64,000 nt of DNA from Octopus sinensis (taxonomy: Eukaryota), in the NCBI RefSeq assembly GCF_006345805.1, contig NC_042997.1:59768001-59832000 (forward strand), written 5' to 3'. Numbering within the stretch: position 1 is the first letter of the stretch; every line of letters begins with the position of its first letter. Below, one piece after another: positions 1-13,469 of the stretch. The position numbers and the translations under genes are program-made. Under the pieces are notes generated by a model. The model saw only the letters and a program-made list of their open reading frames with translations, ran no database searches and was not told the origin of the DNA.

Positions 1-990
1 TCTGTTATTGGATGGATAGAAGATGGTTTAGCTGTTAGAAAAAACTATTTTTACAGCTGGATGTACTTCTTCCTAATCTGCATTATGATGTACAAGTAGA
101 TGATGTTTTGTTTACTTTCATTCAGTCAAGAAAACTGGAATAATCAGTATTATATGTCTTATTTAGAAGCACTACAGAGTGGTTACAGTAAGATTGGAAC
201 TTATCTCGGTCGTTAGACACCTTAACCACACAGCTGTATATTGGTTTCAAATTTTGGAAGAAGGCCAGCAATTTCGGGGTGAGTTGATTACATCAACCCC
301 AGTGCTCAACTGGTACTTGTCACATCAAAGATGACTTTGCCCTTCATCATTCCAGGGTTGATTGAAATGAGTACCAGCTAAGAACTGGAGTTGATTCAAG
401 TTATTGTGATTATCCACTGCCACTATTTCTGGCCTTGTCCTAATGTGAGGAGTCAATATTAGACATCAACAGAATGCTGTTTAAAATGAAAAAGATATAT
501 ATTGGAAAATAGTATCATAAAGAGGTGGGGGAGGAATGTAATTTTTTTCCCCTCTGTCTGTGTATACACAGGCAGTAGACCGAAATGAATAGTTGGAACT
601 AAAGAATCTGTTACTGAAAATATTTTGCTTTTGCCATCAGATGAACTTGCTTTTGCAAGTCAAGTGGTCTGAATGAAAAATTCAAATTTGCCATACTAAC
701 AACTTAAATGTCTCTGGCAAAAAAAAAAAAAAAAAAAGACACAAAAGAGTACTAAGAAAGACTTGCCTGAAAATGATAAAGGATGAAAAATCAGGACAAA
801 CTAAAAATAACCATTAACAATGTCCAACATTTAGTAAAAGGTACAGCATATCTAAAGTTGTTCATAGGCAACAGGTACCTAAAAAGGGAAGGTTGATCAT
901 GGTGGATCACACAAAGATCACTCCCTGCCTAAAGAATAGATGATAATGATGATATTGAAAGTATCCTTTCAGAAAGCTCAGGAATTTTTA

Positions 991-1193
991 TTAACCCTTT
1001 AGCATTCATATTACCCCCTCACATTGTTTTGGATTAATTATGTATTATCTCATCACTTTGAAATTTCAATGATGTGAGTGCTTATGTTTGGAATGACATT
1101 GTAGGGGAGGTATGAGAAGCTAGATCTGGTCAGGTTGTAAATAAGACAGAATATTTGGGCCTGATGTGGCCAGTTTAAATGCTAAAGAGTTAA
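991..1193. mobile_element. piggyBac-type MITE copy
   Basis: TTAACCCTTTAGCATT ... AATGCTAAAGAGTTAA; same body as 28734 in reverse orientation. Confidence 0.8.
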
Positions 1194-1712
1194 GCAACTG
1201 CTTTCTTTTGAGTAGGTATGATACAAATGATTGATACAGTATTTTACAGGCACTGTGTCATTTCTTTTAGATTTTGAATTCAGAATGTAGAGAGACAAAA
1301 ACTGAGTGCTTTAAAGGTATTTAGTCTGATACCTGGCTGCATCTGCTAACTTGCCACCCTCAACGGTTATTGATAGTCAGTCACATTTGTTAAGTATTAG
1401 GCTTCAAAAGAAACTCTCTTGGAGATTCAACAAGGAAACTAATATCCAGTAATTGCCTAGAATTTAGAGTGGAGAAAAAAATAAAACTGTGTAAATGTTC
1501 ATGCCTTTCTCTAGAATGTCAGTAAAATATGTGAAGTGAAACAGTTACATTTAGGAACCAAAACCTGGTAGTCATAATCTTAATAATATAAATCTGGTGA
1601 AGAATACAAAATTGATATACTTAAGCACTATGATCAATGTTGTTGCTGGTGGTGGGAGTAGTAGTAATAGCACTTATTTGGACGTACAAGAGTTACTTCA
1701 AAGTAAGTTACA

Positions 1713-2149
1713 TTAACCTTATAAGCATTTTGACTGATCATATGTGGCCCAAATATTCTACAGGTTTTATTTACAAACTGGCCAGACCTGGCCTATAACA
1801 CTTACCCTACCATGTCATTCTAAAAATGAAAACAAACATACCATCAAACCCTTGAAACTACAAGATAATGCACGATTAATTCAAAGCAATGTGAATAAAC
1901 AAGCATTGCATTTGACAGTGTGAAGGCGCATGGCCCAGCAGTTAGAGCATTGGGCTCACAATTATAAGGTAGCGAATTTGATTCCCAGACTGGGATGTGT
2001 GTTGTGTTCTTGAGCAAGACATTTTACTTCATGTTGCTCCAGTTCAATCAGTTGTTGAAATTAGTTGTGACGTCACTGATGCCAAGCTGTATTGAGGCGG
2101 CCTTTACCCTTTTACATTTGACAGATTAATCTGAATGTTAAAAGGTTAA
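1713..2149. mobile_element. piggyBac-type MITE with a nested tRNA-derived SINE (~1922-2112)
   Basis: TTAA at both ends; the SINE is flanked by duplicated CATTTGACAG. Confidence 0.78.
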
Positions 2150-2801
2150 ACAGAAACAGAATATAAATGTATAAAAGCAAATTATACTCAGTAGATCACT
2201 AATTTTTGATGTCTTTAATTGCATAACACATATGGGCAATTATGCAACTTACGTTGTAATGGTAGATGGCATTCATATTTGTTTATAGTCTTATCTATAC
2301 AATACACAAATTACAGGACAGGTGATACAAATAGCACTGTAATTTGCAAATTATTTTTCAGTGTGCATTCATCCAGCTATACATACATATATATTTTGTC
2401 TTTTATCTTTTATTTGTTCCAGTCATTAAATTGTGACATTGCTGAAGAATTTTTAGCCAAATGAATTGACCTTAGTACCTTTTTTTTAAAAACCTGGTAC
2501 TTATTCTATTGACTTCTTTTACTGGACTGCTAAGTTACAGGGATGTAAACACACTAACACCAGTTGTCAAGTGGCAGTGGGGACAAACAGACAGACAGAC
2601 ACACACACGATAGGCTTCTTTCAGTTTCTGTCAAACCCACTAACAAGGCATTAGTCAACCTGAGGCTATAGACACTTGCCCAAGGTACCACACAGTGGTT
2701 TTGAACTGGAACTATGTGGCTGAAAAGCAAGCTTCCTACCACACAGTCATGCTTGCAACTACATATATTTACACAGATTTCTCTTCTTTGTGGTAAAATC
2801 A

Positions 2802-3727
2802 TCCTTTTCATGGGCAGCTCAATTAATTAATTTTCTTTAACTAAACACTTTGAAACTTCGTATACTGGTAGAATGTGTCTATAGAACATGTTTTACTCTT
2901 AGCATTGTTGAGAAAAGTTTCTATTTTCGAAGTTATTTTGTGTTAAAGTTGTCGTGTTTCGGTAATTTCAACCAATCAATGACGTGTATTCAGATGAATA
3001 AAATTACTGCTGTTGTTTGTCAACAACAACTTCCGGCAGTGTATATTTCGTTTGTCACTGTTATTTATGACATATTTCATCTCAGTTATGTTTGTATGAA
3101 TAAACGAGTGTATCTGAAGTATGTTTACTTCATGACACCACCATAATTGTTTGTGCATTTCTACTGCTTTTAGGTTTTTTTTTTCCTGTTTTTCAGCTAC
3201 TATTTTTGGAAAGACTTCCTCCCCACCACCATTTTTTTGCAAATTATTGTTCTTTTACAAATTTTTTTGCCAAAAAACCCAGCTTTTCAGATACAGAGAT
3301 TCCGGAAAATTGCCAAAAATCAGAATTTTGAAATTTTTGGCACCCCCCCTCCCTTACTCCCCCCTCCAATTTCTTCATTTTCACTTTTTTCCGTAACTCT
3401 AACCCTAAAACCCTAACCCCAACCCTAAAACACTAACCCTGACCCTAAAAGCAGTACAAATGCACGAGCGATGTCATAAATAACAGTGACAAACGAAATA
3501 TACACCGCCGATAATTGTTGTTGACAAACAACGGCAGTAATTTTATTCAGCTGAATACACATCATTGATTGGTTGAAATTACTGAAATACACGAAATAAC
3601 TTCGTAAATAGAAACTTTTCCCAACAGCGCTAAGAGTAAAAACATGTTCTATATGATACATTCTACTAGTATATGAAGTTTCAAAGTGTTAAAGAAAATT
3701 AATTAACTGAGCTGCCCATGAAAAGGA
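2802..3727. mobile_element. Fold-back non-autonomous DNA element with ~260-bp terminal inverted repeats
   Basis: Arms ~2802-3072 and ~3471-3727 are reverse complements (TCCTTTTCATGGGCAGCTCA..TTATTTATGACAT). The spacer holds degenerate TAACCC repeats at ~3394-3450. Confidence 0.85.
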
Positions 3728-4227
3728 AAAGATCCTTCTACTGTTTCACTTTCATACAAAAAAATATGGGCACAGGTATGGTTTTGAAGTATGCTTCACA
3801 ACTACATGGTTCCAAGTTTGATCCTACTGTGTAGTATCTTGGACAAGCATTTTCAGTTGTAGCCTCAAGGTGATCAGTATTTTGTGAATGAAATTTTTAT
3901 CACAAAGTATGCAAAAACCCTCTGTGTGTAGATGTGTATGAACATATGTATGCATGTGTGTGTATGTATATACACACCAACACCAGTTGTCAAGTGGTAG
4001 TGCAGGATAAACACAGACAGACACACACACATATATAGCCTGAAGTTGACTGGTTGTTTGTGAATGGAATTTTTCTAACAAAATATGCAAAGGGCCTCAG
4101 TGTGTAGATGTATATATGTATGCATATGTGAATGTGTATAGTGAGAGAGAGAGAGAGGTAATGTTTATTGCCACTTAAACATAGCTGTTCTATAAGAACC
4201 AACGTTACTGCTATTTTATAATATATA

Positions 4228-5522
4228 CAGGGTGTGATGGGTAAATTGTCACCATTTTATATTTTTAATTTTGCACATGTGCATTGTTTGTTTTTTATTT
4301 TGTCAACTACACAGTATAGTAGGGTCAGTTGGGCACTGTCTATGAGAATAACAGCATCATGACACAATTTGCTCTGCCAGAAATTTGGAAACAACATGCT
4401 GTACTGCTAGGCATTTGCACCAGAAATGCCAATACGGACTTTTCAGGGTGTTTGGGTGTCAATCTGGGGATAGTGCAGAGATTCGGAAAGAGCTGGATGA
4501 CTCTAGAGGTGATTATGAAGGTACAGTAGCTCGGAAAACTCACTCTGATAAGGAAAGAACTCTTGAATTTGTTGGTGAGAACCAGGCCATGATTGACTAT
4601 GATCCCTCCAAGTCAATCAGGTCTATTGCCAGGGACATGGGAGTGTCTGAGTTTCTTATGAGGTAGATAGTACATGAAGACATTTGGTATTCCTCAGACA
4701 AGATGAGAAAAGGCCAATTTTTATACCAAGCTATCAAGGACAAGAGGAAAGACCACAATATGAAGCTTTTGAACAAACTCAAGTATCCCTTCCAACAGAT
4801 CATGCTTTGGTTTTTCTCAGACGAGAAAAATTTCTGTCAGGATCAGATGATGAACAAACAGAACAACCATTGGCTTGCTGTGTCCCCAAAACATGTACTG
4901 AGAGTGATAAAAATTAAACATCCAGTTAACAACATGGTATTTGGAGTGATCACTAGTGATGGCGATGTTATGTCTCCATTCATCTTCTCAAGTGACCTCA
5001 CACTCAACATGGAGGCCTACATCAAGTTCCTTGAGGAAGTAGTGCTGTTCTGGGTCAAGAGGGTGGCTACTGGAAGACCCTATGTCTGGCAACAGGACTC
5101 TGCATCATGCCACACAAGCAGGAGAACCCAGTCATAGCATTTACACAATTTCTGAAACCACATCACTCCTAACATCAGGCCACCTTACTCTACAGACTGC
5201 AGCTTGCTTCATTATTATGTGTGGGGTGCAGTTGAGTGAGAGACCAACAAAACTCCTTGTAACACCAAAGATGAACTAAAGGCAAGGATTTATGACAGCA
5301 TTCATCAACTTAATCAAGGAGACCATTCAAAAGAATTGCAGGAGATTCTGAAGTCATCTGGAGGCCATGGTTGAAGCCAATGATGATTTTATTGAATAAA
5401 TTTGCTCTTTATTATTTCAAGATATTTTAATGTAATTTTGGTAAATATATCTGTTAAAATGAGATGTCAGTGTTATTTTCATTTTTGCATACTTTAGATG
5501 ACAATTTATTCACTGCACTCTG
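4228..5522 (+). mobile_element. Full-length degenerate Tc1/mariner-superfamily transposon, maT/DD37D-like
   Basis: TIRs CAGGGTGTGATGGGTAAATTGTCACC / GATGACAATTTATTCACTGCACTCTG, TA on both sides. Transposase pieces: KSIRSIARDMGVSE (HTH), WFFSDEKNF, MVFGVITSDG, VWQQDSASCH. Confidence 0.88.
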
Positions 5523-5722
5523 TATATATTCCTTTCTCTCTCTCTCTCTTTTTTTTTTTTTATATAAACTAGTTCAAACCTGTAACTATGCTGCCAGATA
5601 AAATATTTCTAAATCATGCACATACCTTCATAAATTGTGCAAATAAATTCAAGATCAACTTTCTTGGTGAACATTAATAACAGAATATAAGATCAGAAAA
5701 TAAGATTATACATTATATATAA

Positions 5723-6061
5723 GGCGCATGGCTCAGTGGTTAGAGCGTCGAGCTTACGATCGTGAGGTTGTGAGCTCGAATCCCGGACCGGGCTGCGTGT
5801 TGTGTTCTTGAGCAAAACACTTTATTTCACGTTGCTCCAGTTCACTCAGCTGTAGAAATGAGTTGCGACATCACTGGTTCCAAGCTGTATCAACCTTTGT
5901 CTTTCCCTTGGATAACACTGGTGGCGTGGAGAGGGGAGGTCGGTATGCATGGGCGACTGCTGGTCTTCCATAAACAACCTTGCCCGGACTTGTGTCTAGA
6001 AGGGTAACTTTCTAGGTGCAATCCCATGGTCATTCATGACTGAAGGGGGTCTTTACTTACT

Positions 6062-6062
<1 letters not shown>
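5723..6062 (+). mobile_element. tRNA-derived SINE, family A, young copy
   Basis: A box TGGCTCAGTGG, B-box-like GCTCGAATCC, core GTGTTCTTGAGCAAAACACTT, short T-rich tail. Related copies at ~1922, 32820, 53942 (+) and 58762-59015 (-). Confidence 0.88.
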
Positions 6063-6094
<32 letters not shown>

Positions 6095-6154
6095 GAGTTA
6101 TTGTTTTGAACTCTGTGTTGCTTTGTCTTTATTTTGAAAGACAGAAACAAAAAT

Positions 6155-6186
<32 letters not shown>

Positions 6187-6190
<4 letters not shown>

Positions 6191-8497
6191 AAGCACCCGA
6201 AATCTCTCCAATCTGAACTTCCACAAAGCAGATTGGAAATTGATCCAAAAAGAGATCCTCAGAGAGGACTGGCCGGAATGTCTCTCCACACCAGACATTG
6301 ACATGAAACTAGAATGTTTCATGTCTTCTGTGCAAGCCATATGCCAGAAATATGTCCCAGAGCACAAGGCCAAAACAAATAGGGGCAAGATTCCAAGAGA
6401 CAGGAAGATCCTCATGAGATGACGGACGAAGGTTGCAAATCGTCTCAACCAACATCCCAAAAGTAGTGAAACGTCCCGCCTAAAAACAACACTGATGGAG
6501 ATTGAAAAAAGGCTGCAACAATCCTATGTGAAGGAGAAAGCAGACAAAGAAGCCTGGGTTATAAAAAACATTAAATCAAACCCAAAGGCCTTCTTTCATT
6601 ACGCGAAAGAAACAGTCTCAGTGCACTACAAGATAGGACCCCTCCTCCAAAAGGATGGCTCCCTCACAGACAGTCCAACTATGATCAGTGAGATGCTGAA
6701 TGACCAGTTCAAAAGTGTCTTTACCACCCCGTTGGAACACAGACAAGTGAACGAACCAGTGGACTTCTTTGCCGCCTCACCTATAACCAGCGAGGCGGTT
6801 ACAATAGAATGTATTGACATTAGCGAAAAAGATGTCGTACTAGCCATAGATGAAGTGGACACAAACTCAGCTGCTGGTCCAGACGGTTTCCCAGCCATCC
6901 TCCTCAAAGCGTGTAAGCATGCCCTGGCAAAACCCCTCAAGATTCTCTTCCAGAGCTTTCTTGCGAATGGCAAACTGTCAAGCAAGCTGAAGGAGGGAAT
7001 AATATGCCCAATACATAAAGGGGGAAGTAGAGCAGATGCCAAAATCTATCGGCCTATCTCTCTGACTTCACACATCAGCAAAGTCATGGAACGGATAGTC
7101 AGAAAGAAACTAATCGCATTCCTTGAGGAAAATAACTTCCTGAGTAATACCCAGGATGGTTTTCGACCAGGTAGGAGCTGCCTGACCCAGCTCTTACAGC
7201 ATTATGACTGGGTGTTGAGGCAGTTACTCAACAAATCAAATGTGGATGTAATCTACCTTGATTTTGCAAAAGCTTTTGACAAGGTGGATCATGGTATGAT
7301 ATGCCACAAACTACGTGACCTCGGCATAGCTGGAAAACTTGGAGTGTGGTTGCATGACTTCCTGAAAGATAGGAGTCAGGCAGTAGTGGTTAATGGAGCC
7401 ACCTCTATGAACACACAAATAGTGAGCGGTGTTTCACAGGGCACTGTCTTGGGACCACTGCTTTTTATAGTGGCCCTCTCAGATATGCCCTCAAATGCCC
7501 GGATAGCCACTCTGGCCAGCTATGCAGACGATATGAAAGTCTTGCAGAAAATACAGAACCCCAGTGATGTTGCACACCTGCAGCAGGAGTTGGACTCAAT
7601 CTACAGATGGGTTGAGGATAATAATATGCAGTTTAATGCTGAAAAATTCCAGGCCCTGCGCTACCAGCATCCAAAACTGAATATTAAACTTACAGGATAC
7701 ACCGGTCCACAGGGAATTTCAATCCCAGAGCCTAAGTCTGTGAGGGACCTGGGTATCGACATGAGTGATGATACCTCTTTCCAAGTGCACATTACCAGGA
7801 TGGCGACAAAGTGCAGATGACTGGCTGGGTGGATCCTAAGAACATTCAGAACCAGAGATAAGGAAACCATGATGGTCCTCTAGCGGACATTCATCCTCAG
7901 TCGCCTGGATTACTGCTTACAGCTATGGTCACCCACCAGTGTAAAATTAACAGCTGACCTTGAAGCAATCCAGAGAAGATTCACAAAGAAGATCGTCTCT
8001 TTGCAACAGCTCAGCTACTGGGAAAGGTTGAAACAGCTAAGACTCTACTCCCTGGAGAGAAGACGGGAGAGGTATGCAGTAATATATGTCTGGAAGATCC
8101 TGGAAGGAATTGTGCCAAATTTTGGCATTGTAAGCTACACCAATGCTAGAACGGGACGACACTGCATAGTGCCAAAGATCCCCGCAATGCCATCACGCTT
8201 CAGGACCAGCTTCTGCAACAGCCTGGGTTTCAAGGGCCCACAGCTTTTTAATATTCTCCCAAAGAGTCTGAGGAACTTGCACAAAGTAGATGTAGCGGTT
8301 TTTAAATCAAAGCTGGACATCTTCCTGTCAAGAGTCCCAGATGAACCTACCTCACGGCAAGAGGTGCAAATGAGAGTAGCTGTATCAAACTCCATTCTTC
8401 ACCAAGTGCCACATATTAGACGAGGTTCGTCGTAATAACAGTGTAGCACAAAATTGCGGTGCATCAGCATGGCCGCAGCTCTGAGCTGAAACTAGAA

Positions 8498-8505
<8 letters not shown>
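6187..8505 (+). mobile_element. CR1-group LINE, 5'-truncated, RT ORF broken by stops, intact 3' end
   Basis: ORF 6495-7820 has RT motifs (YRPISLTS, GFRPGRSC, IYLDFAKAFDKV, GVSQGTVLGPLLF, YADD). ORF 8001-8435 is the CR1-type C-terminus (SYWERLKQLRLYSLERRRER). A-tail to ~8505; (TA)n on both sides. Confidence 0.93.
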
Positions 8506-8550
<45 letters not shown>

Positions 8551-9108
8551 TACACACATACATATAGTCAGTTTTTGAGGTTTGTGTTCTATTGTATTGA
8601 CTTGCACTTAATGTTGTATTTTAATCAAAACAGTTATCATGGTGACAACAATACCTGTCTATCTGGCTATCTATCTTTCACACACACTTTCTTGGTTCTC
8701 CTTCCCTTCTTTTATTTAAAGTGAAAGTCTTTTTTAAAGTCTGTATTGCTTTTCTATATATTGAAAGACACAGAAGCACACACACACAGAAATACACATA
8801 CACACAAAAAAAACTATATATCTTTCAAAACTTGTTATTATGATGGTGACAATACTACCATTCTATCTTTCTCTCTCTCTCTCTGTATTTCTCTCTGAAC
8901 AACTCTCTTTTCCTTTTCCATCCTCTACAATACTATCTATCACTATCTCTCTCTCTCCCTCACACACACACACAGACTCTCTCTCTCTCTCATTATTTTT
9001 CTCTCAACTTTTTCTTTTCCCCTACCAAAAATACATTGTAACATATATTTTGATTCTTCCCTTTTTTCCCGCCCTATTATAGATGTTATCGACAGACAGG
9101 CACAGTCT

Positions 9109-9146
<38 letters not shown>

Positions 9147-10552
9147 ATACTCTCATATGGCTATCATCTACAATACAGTTAAATATAACTGGTTTTACAC
9201 TGAAAACAATCCTAAACTACATTTTGACAAACTGAAAATCTTGAGGTGGTTGTTATGTAAAACAGAAAAAAGGAAAAATTTCGTCATATATGGAACTAAT
9301 TTTTTATCATCCTTGCCTACAAAATAACTGTTTGACAATAATAACTCTTGATGACATAAGCAATCGGTCTTCTATCTTGCCTACACCTAGCTGTCTGTCT
9401 GTAACAGATAACTGGGAAACTTCAACAACAATGAAATTAAAAGCATACTTGAATAACTGAGCAAGTAAAAAGGAATAAATTTAAGGAACATTTGCTTTTG
9501 TTGAAAGTATCAGAATTCTAACATGGATCTCATGAATATAAAAAGAACATTAAAGTAGTTAAAAAATTTCTTACGACAATAGATTCTCTTTGTGCATTCA
9601 GTTCAAGTGAACAAGTGTGAAACATGCAGACAATTTATTTTAGATGTAAGTGTTTATGTTATACAGAGTGGCTGAAAAACCAATGAAAGCCAAAAAGACA
9701 AAATAGTATGATAATAGCAAAACATTCACACATTAAAAAAAAAAAAAGAAAACAAGAAGCAATAGAAGCAGAATTTATTTAACACGCAGGTGTTTAAATA
9801 CTAAACTGTTCGGATATAAAGACAAATGTATTTCAAATGTGCAAAAGTCAAAGTTACATGATCCCAGTTGCTGATAAACTGAGATGGTTTTTCTATGAAA
9901 AGTTATCTCATAGAAGTTAATCATGAGAACTCAATTAATTAATCTTACTAGGACACATCACCATCAATGTGTGTATGGAGTATATAATATATTAAAATGT
10001 TACTATGGACCACTCAGTAAAATTACTTCATTAACACTGACTGCTTTGTTTGGAAAGTTCCCATTAGCTGTATGTTAAGTTGCTCAGATCAATCTACAAG
10101 TAAGTAATGTCTCCAATGTTATTCCATACACTATAGGTTTTAGATGTGTTTTAAAAAATGCAAAGCACAGAGATTTTTAGCAATGTTGTGTTTGCATATT
10201 GAAAAATTAAAATATTTCTGGTACTTGGTAGTATGCAAATTAGCTTACCTAGTATCAAGCTAGGTAAGCTAATAATTTTTCTTGTATAACTATATGATGT
10301 AATTTCTCAGCAAAAGTATTTAAGATAGATACTTGCAAACTTGATGCAGTAAACCAAGAAAGTTTAATTAATTGAAACAATCATCTGAATGAATAATTCT
10401 GGAAAAGAATGGGGGGAAGGTAGGGGATCACAACCTTGAAATTTTAACTGATTAAAATTAATAACATATAGAGCACAGTGGGAAGTGAGTCTGATCTTTG
10501 ATAACAGTGATACTTTTTGGCATGTAGTTTTATTATACCAGATGTTCTAGTC

Positions 10553-10758
10553 CAGCGTTTCTCAACCGGGGTTCCCTGGAACCCAAGGGTTCTGTGAGAA
10601 AGAGTGAGATAAGCTAATACTAATTTCATGATCATAATATACTTGCACACCATATTGGTTATTGTAATAAAGACATTATCCTATCTAACATTATGTTATA
10701 AAGAAAATATAACAACCATTGGGGATATCTTTAGTGATATCTGTAATTTATGGACACC

Positions 10759-10805
<47 letters not shown>

Positions 10806-10907
10806 ATGTGAGAAAGATATGGTAAATAATTTTTTTGTGGGGGGGTTCCTTGAGACATGTAATTTATTTTAAGGGTTACGCAAGAGTAAAAAGGTTGAGA
10901 AACACTG
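10553..10907. mobile_element. hAT (Charlie-like) MITE
   Basis: TIRs CAGCGTTTCTCAACC / GGTTGAGAAACACTG; perfect 8-bp TSD TTCTAGTC at 10545-10552 and 10908-10915. Confidence 0.92.
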
Positions 10908-11160
10908 TTCTAGTCTGATACTCCAGCCATTTTGTGGGTAACTTTCGTATATTCTCAGGATTCATTCCACAGTAAGAATAAAGTATACATGTCTCAAGCA
11001 TACATAAATATATAACTTCTATCTTCTTACATCTAAACTAGAAGATTAACATGTAAGGAAATCTAATTTAACTGAAAAAAACCCACAAGCCATTTATATT
11101 ACATATCTGACAGCTATTTTTTTTTATTATATGTTGCATAACTTACAAATTTCAGTATAT

Positions 11161-11905
11161 TCAACCCTTTAGCATTCAAATAACTGCCACATGTACTGCT
11201 AATTTATTCATATTATTTTGAATTAATGATGTATTGTCTCATAGCTTTGAGATTTCGATGATATTATTACTAGTTTTAGAATGGTATTGTAGGATAAGCA
11301 TGAGAGGTTCAATCAGGCTAGTTTGAACATAAAACAGGAGGCATATTCAGATTGGATATGACCAGTTTATGTGCTAAAGGGCTAAATGGTTAGTAATACA
11401 AAGTTCAGACTGTCCACAATTAAAGCATCAGATTCTTTCCATCCTCCAATCTTATTTCATCATGGTTCATTATTTGAACGTTATAACATAAAAGAGTAAA
11501 CAGTTACTCTAAGATGTACTCTGAAATGTTTTGTTAGATCACGATTTCAGACAACATGAGCAAGATTTCTGATTGACTTACATGAATAATAAATAAATAA
11601 ATGAAATGAAAAAATTCTGGAGACATTTTGCCTGTAAGTTCTACCTTTAGGCCCAATGTTGGCAGTCATAATCTAATTAACCCCTTAGCATTCAGATTAC
11701 TCAGTTAAATGTAATAACTTATTTATTCACATTATTTGAATTAATCATGCATTATCTTGTAGCTTCAAGGTTTCAATGATGTGCCTGTTTATTTTTAAAA
11801 ATTACATTGCAGAATAGGAGTGAGAGGCTGGATCCATCCAATTTTGCCATAAAATAGGTAGAATATTTGGGCCAAATGTAGCTGGTATAAATGCTAAAAG
11901 GTCAA
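11161..11905. mobile_element. Two neighbouring piggyBac-type MITE copies (~11161-11385 and ~11677-11905)
   Basis: CCCTTTAGCATTC / GCTAAAGGG-type ends and shared internal sequence. Confidence 0.75.
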
Positions 11906-12523
11906 AGTCTAAGTCAAACTTGATTTAGGAGATTAACATTGATCAAAAATGTTATTTTAACTTATTTAGCTGAGTAGGAATGAATATTGCCTGATATTTT
12001 AAACATAACTGTGTTGGGTCTTGCGGTCAGAAACTATAATTCAATTACTTCTATTATTTAATCCTTTGCCTGTTCATTGCATTTTCGTAAATTTGTCCTA
12101 CATGTCCATGTCTGTTTTCAGACTTTTAGTTAGCTCTTTTACATGTGTTCTGTGTAATATAAAGTTTTCCTTTCATAAATCCCAAAATACTCGGATGGAA
12201 AAAAAAAAAAAAGGGAATGTCTATCATATATAATGCATGGTTGCCAGTGAATTCTATCCTGTGCATCTCATGATACACAGGACAAACAAAGGAGTTGAGT
12301 ACTGTGGAAATGGGGTGTGCAGGTGGATGGGTAGAGGTGATTGACTACTGTCTACTTAAAGTAGTTATAAGATATGGTAGTCCAAATAAAACAAGGTGAG
12401 CACAGCAAGTGTTATTTACTGCAAACAAGTGTTCGATAGTATGAAGAAAAAAAAAAGGCAGCTAAATAGAATGTCAAGGTGGGATAAATGTCACGAAAGA
12501 GTGAGGTGTAGAAAAAGTAAATT

Positions 12524-12555
<32 letters not shown>

Positions 12556-12559
12556 CAGA

Positions 12560-12590
<31 letters not shown>

Positions 12591-13422
12591 TAAAGACAAG
12601 AGGAAGAAGTAGTAAGAGACAGAACCTGACATTTCAAATTCATATAATAATACAAAAGAAAAAGCAGCAAATATTTTCATAAACTGAAGACGATTCACTA
12701 AAACAGACAAAAAAAGAAAAAAAACACTTAAACAGCTGTAAACTTAGAGGACTTTAACAGATGTTAAACAATAGAGTATGAGAGATTAAGTGACATTATA
12801 TAAGGTGAATCCAAACCATGGTATTTATAATGTATTGAAACCCAATATACTGATACAAAAGTTGCTACTAAAGAAAATATATACTCTAGGTTCAATAGCA
12901 CTCATAATTATTTAGAGCATCTGTTGTTTATGAAATACAAAATAGTAGAAATATTTTAATAGAAAGAATCCTCAAAAGTTTAACTATAACCATTCTTGAT
13001 TCTAGTAAAAACCAATTCGAATCAAATATAGTTTAGAGCTGTTTGTATAAACCAAGCTGAATCAAGCTTAGAATTGCAGAGACAGTATTAGCAGAAAGTT
13101 AAACCAAACACAGCTAACATGTTTGTTAGAAGCCTATATAAATAAGATTTATTACAAAACACAAACAATGAAGAAGCTTGTTCCTTCTTATATTTTTCAC
13201 TAACTGTATGAAAATAGAACATTTAGCAATAAATACACCAAAAGGTTAGCTCAGTCTGTAATTATAGATGTGGTCATTTAGAGATAAGCACAAATGATAC
13301 ATATAGAAAAAGATTAGAAAAAAAAATCAACAAGGTATTAGATTAACTGTTAAAAGTTAGTTTCAAAATCAAAACTTGAATAACTAAGTTAAGAATTTCT
13401 TTTGAAAACCACCAATAGTCAG

Positions 13423-13460
<38 letters not shown>

Positions 13461-13469
<9 letters not shown>

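Noticed and set aside
3394-3450. True telomere or chromosome fusion site
   Set aside because: Short, degenerate and enclosed by the arms of a fold-back element.
5723-5795. tRNA gene
   Set aside because: A and B boxes are present, but there is no acceptor stem or terminator and the sequence continues into a SINE body. The same applies at 49397 and 53942.
6626-7042. Antisense ORFs within LINE and Penelope copies (also 7661, 8135, 47496, 60011, 60520)
   Set aside because: Shadow frames of RT coding sequence with no independent motifs.
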